Both the position numbers and the translations under genes were made by a program. A stretch of DNA of 63,835 bases, counting the filler, from Bigelowiella natans CCMP2755 (Eukaryota; Protista; Cercozoa): the NCBI GenBank assembly GCA_000320545.1. It is 9 parts of 9 records of this genome, joined end to end, with 100 filler letters (N's around TTAATTAATTAA, not from the genome) between each part and the next. Parts side by side here need not be neighbours in the genome. Positions count along the whole stretch, not along the records: positions 34,606 to 51,122 come from ADNK01001722.1; positions 51,223 to 54,781 come from ADNK01001568.1; 7 more parts are not named here. The stretch is one strand, 5' to 3'. Below are positions 37,634 through 52,787 of this stretch, in pieces. How positions within the stretch are numbered: position 1 is the first letter of the stretch; each line of letters begins with the position of its first letter. Below the pieces are notes generated by a model. It worked only from the letters and a program-made list of their open reading frames with translations, made no database searches and was not told the DNA's origin.

Positions 37634-37703
<70 letters not shown>

Positions 37704-37853
37704 CAATAGAAGCCAGCATCATCATCAAAACTTATGATGATTATTTGGAAACAAACAAAACAGGAAAGAGGATCATCAATCATGGTCGGTGCGTTTGATT
37801 ACAACTTCTGCTATCGATCTACTCGTCCGCTAACACAGCAAACACCTCATTCT

Positions 37854-37888
<35 letters not shown>

Positions 37889-38537
37889 GTAATTACTACG
37901 ATGACGACGAAGACAAGTAGTCTATGCGCATCGCAGTCATCATCACCATCATCATCATCATCACCATTATCATCATCATCAATCAGACAGACCCATAGAG
38001 CATCGTCGAGAGGGCTAGCGTTTGTGATTCATATTGCGTGTAGTTGGAGAGGAAGAGGTAGGCCATGTAGAAGGGGATGAACACGATTAGCAGCGCCATC
38101 ATCACGTACAGATCAATCTGATGATGACGATGATCATGATAACGGAAAGGGGGGGGAGGGGGAGGAGGAGGAGGAAGAGTATTCAAACACATCCAAAATT
38201 TATGTGCGATGTAAGTTACTTCGCGCGTTTTGAGCTTGTTGTCGGTCTCTCCAAGCCCGCCAAAACGTACAAAAGCATTTAAACATTTTAGTAGTGCTGC
38301 AGATACACTCTTTTTCTTCTCCCCCCCACCCCCCCCCACTTGTCCCATCATTAAGATCTACTGTTGCTATGGCCGCCCACCTTCCAATTCCACCATCGTG
38401 AGTTCCTATCCAAGATGTCCAGTATCTCGAAAATGATCAGCTCAAACATATTGCATGAAAGTGCGAACACGAGGGAGAAGAGAGCCTGCCCCGCTACGTT
38501 CCGCACCTGCGCAAACAAGCCAGCGAGGACGCGCGCG

Positions 38538-38607
<70 letters not shown>

Positions 38608-38694
38608 AAAAGTGGTTCAATACAATGAATGATTTACTCTTTTGCTAATACTGTGATACGCACTTATATTTTATGAATAGCATGTAAATCAAGG

Positions 38695-38738
<44 letters not shown>

Positions 38739-38936
38739 CAAACACACAACACAAATAACATATTTTATCGGCGTCTATATCATGCTTCTGCCTTTTTAGA
38801 GATCATGTGATACTCAATTTGCTCATGGTTTTGTAGAAAACCAAACCACCTCGTAATCTTCGAATATCCGCTTGAAAAATAGCCATGCGAACGCGAAAAA
38901 GCATGCCAGCGTCGCCCCGACGAGCAATGCATCCAT
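34850..38936 (-). CDS. GPR89: Golgi pH regulator / GPCR-type G protein (GPR89/GTG family), multi-exon, 3' end uncertain
   Basis: [80 protein letters not shown] and [19 protein letters not shown]. Confidence 0.9.
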
Positions 38937-39884
38937 GAAGATGCGGGAGGAGTGTGCAGGATAATAGATCATCTCCTCCAAAGCCTTCTCCATGGCCAGC
39001 CCTTAAACAACAAGCAAAGGCAGGGGGTCAGAGTTATCAAACACAATATTGCTGCGGCAGTGTGTGCCTAAATTTAAAAAGATTGCATGTATACCAAACA
39101 CCAAACACCAAACATGAAATATTGGCCTCGAGGATGAATCTCTCTGCTGAATACACTCCCATCCCCCCCCCCCCCACGTTCGATTCACTAAGCTAGGGCA
39201 CACCGATGGCGACTTCGCCAGAGCTTGCGACAGTTCCGTTTCCACCCGCCATTCCCACGCTGGCATTGTACGTAACCACCTCCTCATAGAGGTCCATGAC
39301 AACAGCTTAGATACTTACTTCTTCTGGGTAATAAAGAACACGGGTTGCACACGGAACCTTGCTTCCAGAACCAAGACTTTGAAAATCAGTTTTCAACCTG
39401 GTTTATATACGCCAAGGTGCTTCGAGATGCCGCCCCCCCCCTCTCCCAAAAGGACTTTTTGGTAGTTTCAAGTTGGTTGGTATGAAGGCAGATCCTTACA
39501 GCGGGCCACTCATAAGGCCAACCAAGGCGCTCTAGGTCAACAGCCTCCGCTTGGGGAAGCCTCACACAGACTATCTCCTCGATTTAGGCTTAGTACGAGT
39601 TTGTACGCGATTTCCCAAGCTGGGAGAGAGGGAAGGGGGCGGGCAAGCGTTAACGTTTCCGTGATGACGCGAATTGTACCAGAGCTAGTTCAGACTTATT
39701 TTGTTCGCTTTTCCCCCGATATCTTATGATAAACCAGTTGCCATTTTTGGAGAGCGACAATCAATTTAACCTCATTTCGATTATAAAAGAAAATAATTCT
39801 TCTGCGACAATATTTTGGGTTTGTCGCATGGATAAATTCCCCGTTATTTTTGTCTAAAACCGAGTCTCACTCTCTCCTAGGAAA

Positions 39885-40526
39885 ATGGGTTCGCACCGGG
39901 CGCAAGTCCACTCCTTGCTTTGGAGACTCCTCCGAACGCAAAAGAAGGTGTTCAGGTAATTGCATTCTCATCTGCAACGAGAATATTATATCGATAAACT
40001 GTAGTAGGCTGTGCTCGTAGAAAAAGTGCAAAACAGGGATGTGTTTTATAAAATGTAGGTTGGTAGTGATGTTTCATTGTTTATATTGATTTATTCAAAA
40101 TAAAGAGGGGATTTGCCGATCCAACTCAAAGCTCGGGAGGAAATCTTCTCCAAATTTAGAGAGAACAAATCCGCACCCGCCGAGGAAGTGCCCAATTTAA
40201 TCAAGGTGAAAACACTCCGATTACACATCAAAATTTGGTGAAGGAGCTGTTCGTTGATCTTCAAACTTTGCGAAACTGCATAATTGGTATTCGTCCTATT
40301 TTGCCCCTTATAGGAAGGTATTGACGCAGACGAGTTTCTCCTTGCTAACGTGATCCAAGCGGAATATAACCCAGACACAGGTATACGATTGTTGAAGAAG
40401 ACTGTCATCCCAGAGCACGCAGGTTGTAATTGTGACTATTTCTCAGGCAACTACACACAGAAAATTCGTCCTGAGCATACTAGAGAAGGCGACATTCCAC
40501 AGGGAACTCCATTAGAGCGTAAATAA
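39885..40526 (+). CDS. LYRM7: LYR-motif complex III assembly factor (LYRM7/MZM1-like), 4 exons
   Basis: MGSHRAQVHSLLWRLLRTQKKVFRGDLPIQLKAREEIFSKFRENK...EGIDADEFLLANVIQAEYN...IRPEH; GT-AG introns; TAA at 40524-40526. Confidence 0.75.
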
Positions 40527-41252
40527 GACGCAAATGAATCAAAATCTCTACTCAAATGCGAAGCCGAGTCGTACGTGTACAACTACATTACCTTTAGCAA
40601 CAACACCTGTGGTTATTTGTGCGTCACACGACGTGTATGCCATGGCGCGATGTACTAATAAAGAGAGCGTCTTGCTGTGCACATTGCATGCTCAGATAAG
40701 ATACGAGATTATTGATTCATGCAATGATATGAACAAATAGTGTGCATGGTGTTGTTATGGCTAGCATAATTATATATTGCATGTCTATCATTAGCTGCGC
40801 TTCACGTACGGTGCTTATTTCATCGATTTATAATATTTGATGATATACAACGTATATCATATATGTACTATATGTCATTATTTTGCACTGCATATGTGTG
40901 CGTCTTGTAATGGAGCATGTACTGTGTGCACAATGTATGTGAGCACACAGCACAACAATAAACAATGATGCCAGGTGCACGTACATTGTATACTCGTGCC
41001 ATGAGAACACGACGAACGTACGCGCGCCGTAGCAGCCTGTTATACGGCTAAATAGAATGTTTGCATGGCTATGCAAGGCTAGACAAGCTCATATACATAC
41101 GTACTATACATGCGATTGTGCATTCTCAACGTCGGCATTCAGCTATGCTGGCACCAATGGCCAAAGTTCTAAATGGGCGCTTACTCCCAACTTCATGTAA
41201 TCCTTCGGTAATTGGATTTTCCTATTCCTATACACCGTTTTCTTGTTCAAAT

Positions 41253-41634
41253 TTATACATTTTGCTCAGCTGTGCGGTCACATTTCGGTGTCTCTTTCAT
41301 TGCCAGCGAATTGATGTGTTGTTCCTTCTGCATCTGGCTCCTTTTTGGTTGCTTCGGGGGAGCTCTCTCAGGCTTTAGCCCTCTAATGGCACTTAATCGC
41401 GAATTGATTAACTCGTAAACATCATTTGGAGGGTCAGCATACATCCTCCTCTCCTTTACTTGATTGAACGCCAAGTTAAGTGATATCCCTTTAACTACTG
41501 CAAGATATAAACTAGCAGCAGCTGGTGCGTACGTAAAACCATCCATATCGACTATCAAAACGCCCCCTACAAATGAAAAATAAGGGAAATAAATGAAACG
41601 ACAATGGACAGTACCTCTTAAATCTCATAAATGG

Positions 41635-41729
<95 letters not shown>

Positions 41730-43150
41730 TAAAAATCAATACACTTACAAAGAGCATCTCTAGGACATCTCATCGTGCCGTGCACACGATTAGTCGAATC
41801 GTGACACGTAATATATACGACTCATACTCAGCTTTGGCGACACACACGCACACACACACACACACCGCGACCGCTACCATCTCTACCTGAATGAAGGCCT
41901 TCTTTAACAAATCGAATCATATCCCTCATCTGCTCCGTGTGAATGTCCACGTCGTTGGCAGAGCAGCACACCATTTCCCAAAAGCTCTTTTTCCGACGGG
42001 GCTACAGGAGGAGGAAAAGCGAAACGAGGTTGTGGAGGGAGATTCGAGGATAAGAGTTGATAATAACGAGACAACGTGCCAATGAGATTTTACTTCCCCC
42101 CGCCCTCTCTGAAGAAAGGATTACAAACGAGAAGAGAGGGAGGAGGGGCGGGGGGAGAGAGGAATGGCCGAATAATAATAGATACCGGTACTTTTGAAGA
42201 GTCTAATTCGATTTGTTTCACTTTGATCTTGACGCTAGTCCATCCATCTATATGATCACTATTCAGGGGGGGGGAGAGGAGAATAGAAAGCGGAGGAGAA
42301 GAGAAAGGCGTAAGTGGTTTTATGAACTTCAGACGAATTGGTACATAACGAAGGCGGCCAACGATTGAAACATACCTGGTAATTCTAGGGTCATATGTGC
42401 ACAGAAGAATTCTTGTTATCTTTCGCCTGAAGACAAAGTCGCTATTACACGCTGCCTGTACGCAACCAACGTATAGGTTGTTCCGGTATCCTTTCATTTC
42501 CCCCGCAACAAAGGAAGGCAGCTTGGGATATTTCCGCTCTAACAACTCCAATATCAAACTGTAGTCCTTGATTTGGAACCTGCATCGTCGAATAAATCCG
42601 AAATTCAACGAGAAACAAGTAATAAACGAATCGAACAAAAGAAGATAGCATTGCCTGGGCTGCACAATTTTACCAAGATCGTTTACTTTTATTGTCATCT
42701 AGTCCCCTCCCTCCCCCTCCCCCCCCCCCCCCTCCTAGATGCAACTATTCAACCGTGCGTAATCTGTTATCTTATTCCCATCCACATCTTCAAAGCTGCG
42801 ATTTATGTCGGGAACGAATTCTCTATTGATGATTTTATTCTTGAATTTGATTAGGCGAGAGGGACAAGCCTGAGGGAAAACAGCACACCGTAATTATCTT
42901 TCTGCATATCGCTGACCAGTCAACATGGCGTCGATTTATCCAGAAACCCATCCGTATATCACTAAGCGTATGTGCTGACCTCTGGAATGGATTGGCCAAA
43001 ACTCGACGATGAAGGTATTCTTTGAGACTTCTCACGAACAAATTGGCTACGACTCAACGATAAAGATAATTTTCGAGCCTTCTCATCATTGAGAACACCG
43101 TTACGTTTTATGGGTGATTTCTGCTCCTAGTTATGGAGGAGCAAGTAGTA
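41253..43150 (-). CDS. Dual-specificity-phosphatase-fold protein lacking the catalytic motif (pseudophosphatase); start uncertain
   Basis: NLYVGCVQAACNSDF...ITRIL, MIRFVKEGLHSGGVLIVDMDGFTYAPAAASLYL and ISLNLAFNQVKERRMYADP follow the DSP pattern, but HCxxGxSR is absent. Confidence 0.65.
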
Positions 43151-45326
43151 TTGATAGTCAGAGGAGAAAGTTGTCTCATGTGAGTAATTTGGGTGAGGCA
43201 GTAGTATGGGCAATTCTAAAAGTGGGAAACCAATTACCGCTGCCAGAATTTTATTCTTGTGTGCTACGGCACGGTTTAGAGCTATAATATATTCCCTTTT
43301 TATCATTTTCGAGGGTGGACGGAATTCCCTAGATGTTGGATCGCGCTGCTACCGAATCCCCACCTTCGTTCTCGTCATTCTGCAACGACGTGGAAGGGAC
43401 ATTTCCAACACTCATGTAAGTATATAGTAACCGCGGTGCACCGCATGGCTAGCTAGCTGGGAAAAGGGAAAACATCACTAACCGAACTCCCAACGCCCCC
43501 TCCCAAGGGGGTGAAAACGAAATCAGCGTTATCAGTCGTAGCGTTACAGCTTGTACCGTGTGCTGGGATTGCTGGGAGACTTCTAGCCTGCGACAAGGAA
43601 GGATTGTAACGTGCGACATCCTTAAGTTGTTGTCGCAGTCTAGAAAAAGATGCAGCGCGGGACGAAGGAACTGCGACAACTTTCGCCCTCACTTGAACGC
43701 TCGTAGATCTACAGAACTCGCAACACTCACCGTTCCTTTGCGTCGAATTGATGAAAACAAATGCGATTTTACTACTGCGACATACCCCAAAACGTGTCGT
43801 TATAAGGAACGAAACGCCAAGTTGCGAGCTGGTTAGAGCACCAACCTTTGCCGAGGTTCAAGGCAACATTCATTCAGGTTTCGTTGAAGAATCAGCTGAA
43901 GATGTGATGGGGAAAGCCTACTGACAAAGACGTAGCGAAGGCGAGAACGAGAACTACATGCAGCAGAGGGCCTGCTGGAGCGAACAAGGGCGGGATGGCA
44001 CAAAAAATGAAGTTCCGATTCAGACGCCGCGAACGACTGAAAGCTGAAAGTGGTTTGAAAATTCAACTTGTGTCCCTTGGTGAAATCTCTCTTGAAGGAG
44101 GCAATGCACAACGAAGAGAAATCATGCTATCAGTATCAGTTTGCCGTTTGCACTGCAGCCAAACTTGGCAAACATCTCGGCTCTAGGGCTGCCCTGCTAG
44201 CCTGTGGACTGTGGACGTGTGCCTAGCTTACGCCTGCGCAATGAAATTATTGAAGCAATGAAGCAACGAACCAACCAACTGATGATGCACTGTGTCCGTC
44301 GAGTGTGAGCCACAATATGTGTATTAGCCGATGATGGAACAAACAGAATCGGATTCTGGAAATTGTCCAGTGCGTGCCATGCTCGCTGGCATGCATGCAT
44401 AGCAATGAAGCGGAGACATTTCAGAGGGCGCAATAGAACAAATATTAATGATCAAGCGCTATACTTATACTTGAGGAAATTTCATGTCCAGATTTCTGTT
44501 AGATAGCGCGTAAGAGTAGCGCTAACTATCAACTTCACAACGCTACATAGTTGCGACGTTTTTGTGCGTGCTTAGGCCGGCCGACGGCAAACGTTGTCAA
44601 CTGTTTCGGTTTCGAATGAACATGCACACCAAGAATCCATTTCATTTGGCCACATGTCGCCATGCGTTGTTAGAGTTGTAGGCATTGGGCAGGATGGACG
44701 CACACAAGCATTTCGTACTGTACAGACAGACCTCGAGTCGTAGTAGTACATTCATGCATAGACTATGCGTGGATGCGACGCGCTACGATGAATTCGATTT
44801 GATTCACATTTAAAGAGGTGGTTGATGATGAAATCACAGCACTATCGCTAAGCTTCTTCGAGAAGAGGGACAAAGAATTTTGTGGGCCTCTTTCCAATGT
44901 TCCCTACAAAAACAACAGAGATACGATCGCCCGAGTCAGCGAGCCAAAAACGCACAAACAAAAGATATTTAGAAAATACCTGACACAAGAAAACTTGCAG
45001 TATAAGTTCTCCTTGCAGTAGTAGCATCTTTGCGGCCTACATGATAGATATCCAATGCATTCAGAAGCGAACGTGTAGATCAAACAGAAATGCAGTACAA
45101 TTCAACGAATAACATAAATATAAATAATTAAATTAATATATGTATATACACATATGTGTATATATAAAGATCTTACATGGTTGGTTCCGAATTCGTGCAA
45201 AAAGTACAAGGCATTGCATCTTTCACCCCTAATAGACACACACAATGCACAATTAATGGTATTTGGTGCTGAGGGTGGGTAATCCAATTAATGCAGGGAA
45301 AAATATTGTGGAGGGAGGGAGAGGGA

Positions 45327-45364
<38 letters not shown>

Positions 45365-45394
45365 AACTGAAGGTAAATATATTTTACATGTTTA

Positions 45395-45462
<68 letters not shown>

Positions 45463-46078
45463 CACATACGTCGTCTATTACCCTCTGACTCAGCCACGAC
45501 ACAATGCATTACGGCGCAGCAAAACCGCAATAAAAGCAGCGTGCGGAGTTTCTAATTGCACAATAAGGGTTCAAAGCGTGCATAATCCCATCTGGTACTG
45601 ACAGCCAGCAGCACGCATAGAGCGTGCTTGCACACACACCCTCTCAGGCACAACACACGCCTCTTTTACAGTAAACGAACATGGGATTCGTATACTCTCT
45701 GGAGACGGTTATTATTCACTTCAATTCCACAAATCGGGTCTTTAGGCATGATTTCGCTGCATCTTTTTCATCAGCTACCAATCCCTTCATATGTATTGTG
45801 ATGCTGCTGCAGTACAATTTGATCGGATGCAGCAATGCATGCCGTGCACACACTAAATCCTACCTTGGAAAGAAGGCTCGGATCTGTTTCGCCCCTCTCC
45901 TAATAGAACACAGTTTGGTTTTGCGCCAAATCAAAAATAGGTGAGACCTCGAGGAGCTCGTGTGTGCGTTGGCTGCTATTCTCGCCTAAAGTATGAAACG
46001 AAGGCTCGCTGCTTCGAGATTGCATCAAGGTGAAATGAAAGGCCATTGTCATTAAACGGAAAGAAAACGACGTTTGGA

Positions 46079-46322
46079 TTATGTGCCGCGTAAATTTCTA
46101 TTGGCTCTTTTCAGTGAGAGACGATGTTGTTTTAGGCTGAGGACCACGTCGGGGAAGATGACGTCCAGATCTAGATTTTCCGATTTCGCCTTTACAAGCC
46201 TGATGACCTGAGATAAAGGGGCGAGACACAACAACGGTGTTTCTGTGAGAATTCGACTGTCAGTGCAGGCTATGTTTTCATCACCATACCTGCCACCAAA
46301 CACACACAACACACACACACAC

Positions 46323-46353
<31 letters not shown>

Positions 46354-46470
46354 TAAAACTTGTAAGAAGGAAGAAGGGTTGTCAAATGATAAATAAAAGC
46401 TCAAACGAATAGTCCCTTACTACCTCTAGGACACTATCAGGGGAAGGACCGGTTAAGCTGTTACAGCACA

Positions 46471-46502
<32 letters not shown>

Positions 46503-46744
46503 TAATATATGTACATATAAATATTCTATATATATGTCATATTATAAACTGAACATGCTCATCTCTTGTCTCTGTTGGTGCCCCCCCCCCCCCCCCCCCT
46601 ATAACCCCGATGCCTCAAATGTTTATTCGTGTGAAACAAGCAAACATCCTTCCGCTGAGGCCTTTACCCGGGATGGTGAAGCTCGGGGCCAACGAGCGCA
46701 TAGGCATGTTCCGTGATAGTTCGTGCTGCAGGGACGCGCACACA

Positions 46745-46785
<41 letters not shown>

Positions 46786-47080
46786 ACATTATATCTGGCA
46801 TTAGAATCGCAGGTGTTGGGTTTTCAAAGTCCACGAAGGAGCTGGTAACCGATGTATGCAGGCTCGGATTTTGAGTAGCGAATGTCGTGGCTTTTCCTTT
46901 GCTCAAGCGTCCAATTCTTCACCTTGTTAGAAGTAGTGGTTAAGTATGCAATATTTTGACTGACCGCATCTCCCCCCCTATATCCCCCTTTCCTCTAGGT
47001 GGGGACGATGCGGGTGTGTTTAATATTCACACCACACACGCTCCACAATAATGTGTGTGCTACATATGCGCAATTATATA

Positions 47081-47120
<40 letters not shown>

Positions 47121-47183
47121 AATGATGTGCGTATTATTCTATATATCATATGTATCCATCATATAAATATAAATGTATATATA

Positions 47184-47223
<40 letters not shown>

Positions 47224-48701
47224 AGCAACCTTCTCCGGGGTAATCCCCTGACTCTCAAAGACACGCATCGAGACCAATTCGTACAAAAACTGCCGCACCG
47301 ACTGCATTGCCATCAAAGGGAAGAAGAAGAAGAAGAAGAGAAGGAAAAACCCACGTCATCCCGATGACGAACTCCTCGTCGTGAAGGCTATATTCTTGTC
47401 AATCGATAAAATATAGTCTACGGCGACGTTGCACGGAGCACACCATCAGTCCAACAGCTTTCTCTTATGATGAAGCTGTCGATGCTGCTAAATACCCTCG
47501 GTGAATTCAGATCAAAGGGCGGCATTATTTAGGGATTGTGTGTGTGTGTGTGTGCGTGTGTGTAAGTGTATAAGTTTGACAACTACCTGCTTTGCCCGGC
47601 CGATAAGCAGAGCATTTGCCAATGCGCCTTCTTCCTTGTGTTTGCTACGGGTGTGAGAAATGGGGGGCGGAAAATGCTCCGTGAGGTTGGCATCGTAGCA
47701 GGTGTTGCTTGTAATACACGGTTGAGGAATGTTTCTTGTGACTGTCACTGCTAGCGTGGAGGAGGCGACGAATGCGTCACTCCTCTTCACTTTCTGCTCG
47801 CATGTGTTTCCTGCACTCGTGCAATTCAGTACAGAGTCGTTGGCTGTGTATTGTTGTGGAGAGGCAGAGGCGTTCGCCTACCTAGCCCCCCATTGGATTC
47901 GAGAAGGATCTTGTGAAGCTGCTGCCTGAGAGAGGGGGGGGGGGGGGAGGAGGAGGATGGCGGTGATGACGAAGAAGAAAGTGGATAACGCCTTTAATTC
48001 ACTAAGAATGATCCTAAATGAAGAGGCTTTGAGGTGGTATAAAATGCGACATTGACGGTTCAATCGTAATCCCAGCCTTGGAGAATGTGCACGCCCGTCC
48101 CCCCCCCCTCCCGCCCCCCTTACTCTTCATGTCATTCCTACATTTTGCGTGACACGAGCTGCTGCGCCACGGGACCACAGCCGACGAATCCGGTCTTCAA
48201 AGGCCTTTTGGAAAGATGCACCCACACACACACACGCACGCACACATACGCACACACAGACACATCCACGCACGATATGTTACAGAGAGAGCATCTAATA
48301 TCCACAGTCGCTGAATCTCTTCGCGTCATCGTCGTGCATATCTCCATGGCAAAAGGCTGATATCTTTCTTTCGTCCACAATAAATTGAGGGGGGGGGGGG
48401 AAGCTGCACTTGTCGGGGTGATACTGCGATTCAATCCCGAGAGAACAAGCAACACTCTCGCCTTCATCATCACCACCTTCATCATCACCACCTTCATCAT
48501 CATCACCACCACCATCATCATTATCATCGTCATCGTCATCTGCTACTACCTGTGTAGACCATCCGAAGCGCTTTTCCTCTCGGCTCCATAGCTCTCGCAC
48601 GGGGTCGCGGGACTGTTCACAAATGCGGATATCCGTAAGCAGCCGTGTTGGATTTTGAGGCAAAACAAATCAAACCCACGCACACACACACACACGCACA
48701 C

Positions 48702-48748
<47 letters not shown>

Positions 48749-49437
48749 ACGTCTTTATACTAACACATAAGAAAGATAAGATGCATGAAAATCCTCTGAT
48801 CTCTCTGCTCAGTAATCGACCAAACAATGCTTGAAAGCATCAAGACCCAGGTTTGCGCGACAACAACAAGAACAACAACAACATAACACAACAACATAAC
48901 ACCCAATAATGCGCAGCATCATCATCATCCAATAAACGGCGAAACCTTCTCAATGATCGCGGTTAGAGTCGGAAGATACTTGACGAATCTATCGTGTATT
49001 TCCTTTGGCATTACACGCTCACCCCCACCAAACTCCCTGTCCATAATAAGGAGAAGAGATCTCGCGTAAGGCTCATCCTTTCTTTCATTCATCGCATCAC
49101 CCATTTGCATGTCTGTAACCCCCCCTCCCCCCCCCTCCCGGCCCGTGCTGTCGCTCCATAAAATAACGACAACTTGACGGTTCCATATGACTCAAGAAAA
49201 TGAGCTATTTCCTACCATTCTTGCTGCACCGCGACGTCGCGATAGATCTTTTCGGCATCGAATTCTGCCTCGCTGTCCTGGTCCACGACGAAGTGGCCTT
49301 CAGCCTCCCCATCGTGGGGATGGGAGAACAGCTGGATGTGCTCCTATTCGGTGCAGGATTGGTATAATTATATCTTTTCAAGAGATCTTTGGGAGATAAT
49401 AGTGCTGCTGCTGACTATTTTTCTGTATTATCATCAG

Positions 49438-49470
<33 letters not shown>

Positions 49471-49831
49471 TGACCATCATCCTCATCATCATCCTCTTCA
49501 TCATCATCATCATCATCTTTATCATTGTAAAACCTACCTGCGACCGATTATTGCATGCTGATTGTACGCAGAGGCAAAGGAAGGAGGAGGAGGAGAAGAA
49601 GAAGAAAAAGAAGATCATGAAGAAAGATCATACATATAAACATACGGGAAAGAGGGCATGATAATTCAATCCATCTCCCCCCCCCCCCGAAATAAAGTTT
49701 AGTTTCGTTGCTGATGCGTCCCCCAACAACTAATACTTCTTTCTCTCCTTTCTCCCAATGGTCATCGTTTACTTGTATTCGGCATCTTCGTGCCAGGAGC
49801 GATGTATTCATTGCCTTGATGGATCTTTGAA

Positions 49832-49878
<47 letters not shown>

Positions 49879-50048
49879 AAAACAACACAACAGTAACGTA
49901 TCGTCCTACTCTCGCCCCCCCCCCGAAGCTATATTCTCCTTGCTTTCTCAAAAAACGTAACAAATGGACGCACGTAGTAGCAGACGTGGCGATATTTGGC
50001 CGTGTGCTCTTTATCTTCCAGCAAGCGGCACCAGCAGGAATACTGAGA

Positions 50049-50087
<39 letters not shown>

Positions 50088-50125
50088 GTATACATATATT
50101 CTTTAGTAAGCGGTGCGCACGGTCC

Positions 50126-50167
<42 letters not shown>

Positions 50168-50205
50168 GTATACATATATTCTTTAGTAAGCGGTGCGCAC
50201 TGTCC

Positions 50206-50250
<45 letters not shown>

Positions 50251-50262
50251 TGTTATACATAT

Positions 50263-50300
<38 letters not shown>

Positions 50301-50551
50301 TGCGGGCGTGCCCTTTGTAACAGCTACCTTGCATTCTGGGTTATACCTCGTACGATTTTTTACACCACTGCCTCCTGCTGCTCGAGTAGAGCCCACCCCC
50401 CCCTGGTCGTCGCTTCCCTCTGTCAATCTTCGAATATTAACTCGTTTCATCATCACACGCTTCTTGTTTCCGTGGAGCTCCTGTGGTTGATTGGAATTTG
50501 ATGAATAGCTACACAAGCGCGCGCACCCACACACACATTAAAACATATAAG

Positions 50552-50617
<66 letters not shown>

Positions 50618-51045
50618 AGTTTACATAAACACACATTCCATCTGCACACTTTAGAAACAAAAGCCGGAGTTCTTACCGAATCTTCCGTCTTCTACTACTA
50701 CTGCCACTACTACTACCACTACTACTACTCCTACTCCTATATCCGCGCACCACAATGTATCTCTGCTCATCCTTGTCGAAGGAAGTAACATTTCCCTGGC
50801 ATTCACACAAGTTGGGAGAATCATCACCATTTAATCACGATTGTTGCCAAACACCAACACGAAAGAGTAGCAGCGGCGGGGCATGCAGCATCAGCAGCAT
50901 AATACGTGTGCTGATAACGCTCTTTGATTCGCAGCGGCTGCTTAGCTACCCTCCTCCCGTTGAGATGCGTGGCTGATTTCAGGGCGACGAGGAGCACCGT
51001 CGCGCCAATCAGATCATCGTTGCGATGGACAACGGGCCTGACCTA
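46079..51045 (-). CDS. Hypothetical multi-exon gene or genes, product not recognised
   Basis: A series of GT-AG-bounded coding-like blocks between microsatellite introns, e.g. [58 protein letters not shown] and [21 protein letters not shown]. Confidence 0.4.
50051..50245. repeat. 80-bp tandem duplication containing (AT)n, in an intron
   Basis: (AT)n-AATATGTATACATATATTCTTTAGTAAGCGGTGCGCAC(G/T)GTCCGGTAA occurs twice at an 80-bp period. Confidence 0.85.
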
Positions 51046-51630
51046 TTTTGGATGCGATTGTGTGGGTGTGTGCGTGCGTGTGTGTGTTGTGTGAGTGTGT
51101 TGTGTGTGTGTATTGTGTGTGTNNNNNNNNNNNNNNNNNNNNNNNNNNNNNNNNNNNNNNNNNNNNTTAATTAATTAANNNNNNNNNNNNNNNNNNNNNN
51201 NNNNNNNNNNNNNNNNNNNNNNGTGGATGCAAGAGAGGAGCGGGGTCTGTCAAGATCTTTTTCAAGCGGTCATCTTGGATGATAAGGGATAAGGATGATA
51301 TAGCAGTAGTAGTGGTAGTAGTAGTAGTAGTAGAAGCAGGGGTAGTAGGCGATAACATTTCAGGGGCCCCCCTTTTTACCGGAAAGTGGCCCTCTTAAAT
51401 CCGGTTATATTGTCTTTTTTCCCTCTCTCTCCCTCTCTTTCTTTCTCTCTCTTTCAAACCCACCCCCCCCCCCCCACACACACACGCAAACACGTATTAT
51501 CGTTATTTGATTAATCTGAAACAGATTTGCATGTGCTAATATTATTCCAAACTTGACCCACGCACAGGATTGCACGCACGTGTGCACATATCACGTCCTA
51601 CCGCAAGGAGAGGTCAGCAGCATTCACACA

Positions 51631-51661
<31 letters not shown>

Positions 51662-51733
51662 GCGCACACGCAATATTACAACCATACTCTCATCATGCAG
51701 GCACCGCCGCACGCTGGGCCAACTAACGCTAGC

Positions 51734-51780
<47 letters not shown>

Positions 51781-51788
51781 CTAATCAG

Positions 51789-52688
51789 GCTGAATTCACG
51801 GAGGTTGAAGCTAAGTCGGGAAAGAAAAGCTCTCAATTCATCAAGAAGCTAGAAAGGTCATTTTGCGTTGCTTTTCCACCATCGTAGCGGATGGTGAAGG
51901 GTGAAGAGACGAAGATGAGGATGCACACACCGTACGGGGAGGTATGAGGGGGGTTTGGCACGATGATACGTGTCTATGCTGCTGTTATCTGCTGGTGCAG
52001 AGACCAAATGTTCATTATAATCCGCCAGTGTGTGTGTGTGTGTGTGCATGTATGTGTATGTGTGTGTGTGTGTGTGCGTAAACTTGCTCCTACGATGCGA
52101 CAGTTGTATCTTGAAAAACAGCGGCAACCCTGGCATATGTACATGAGCAGCGTTGGATTGTAATAGTATGCATCATTTGGGTATATGTTCTCCTCCTTTA
52201 CTATGTGCTAGGCACCTGAAACCTGCTTTGACGGCAGCGAAGAACATAGAGGCAATTCGAAAGTAATAGACGCGTTTGTGTGCCCCTGCACCCAGGAACT
52301 ATCGAAGAAACGAGGAGAAAGAGAGAGCGGGAGACAAGGGACGGGGGGAGGGAGGGAGGGAGAGAGAGAGAGAGAGCGAGCACTCGCGCGCTTACAGTCT
52401 AATATTAACTGTGTACAATCATCACATTCAACTATTTTTTCTATTCATAAGGGCGGCATCGAAGTTTGGAGCAGCAATTGTATCCACTTTTCATACTGCA
52501 AAGCATCCACAGGTGCTGCTACTAGCCAACACACACACACACACACACACACGCGCGCGCTATTAGTAGCCATCATCTTGCAGTGCTGAATTTCATCTAT
52601 TTTCGTAGGAAACGTTAGCGATGCGAAAGGCGTCGATGCAGTTCCGAGATGCTGCATTTATGCAGCTTTCCGATAAAAAGGTGCCTGA

Positions 52689-52723
<35 letters not shown>

Positions 52724-52744
52724 ACAATTATGGTTGGGGACTTG

Positions 52745-52787
<43 letters not shown>

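Noticed and set aside
50051-50245. 80-bp tandem duplication as a functional element
   Set aside because: Bounded by (AT)n runs inside an intron; slippage or an assembly artefact is sufficient to explain it.
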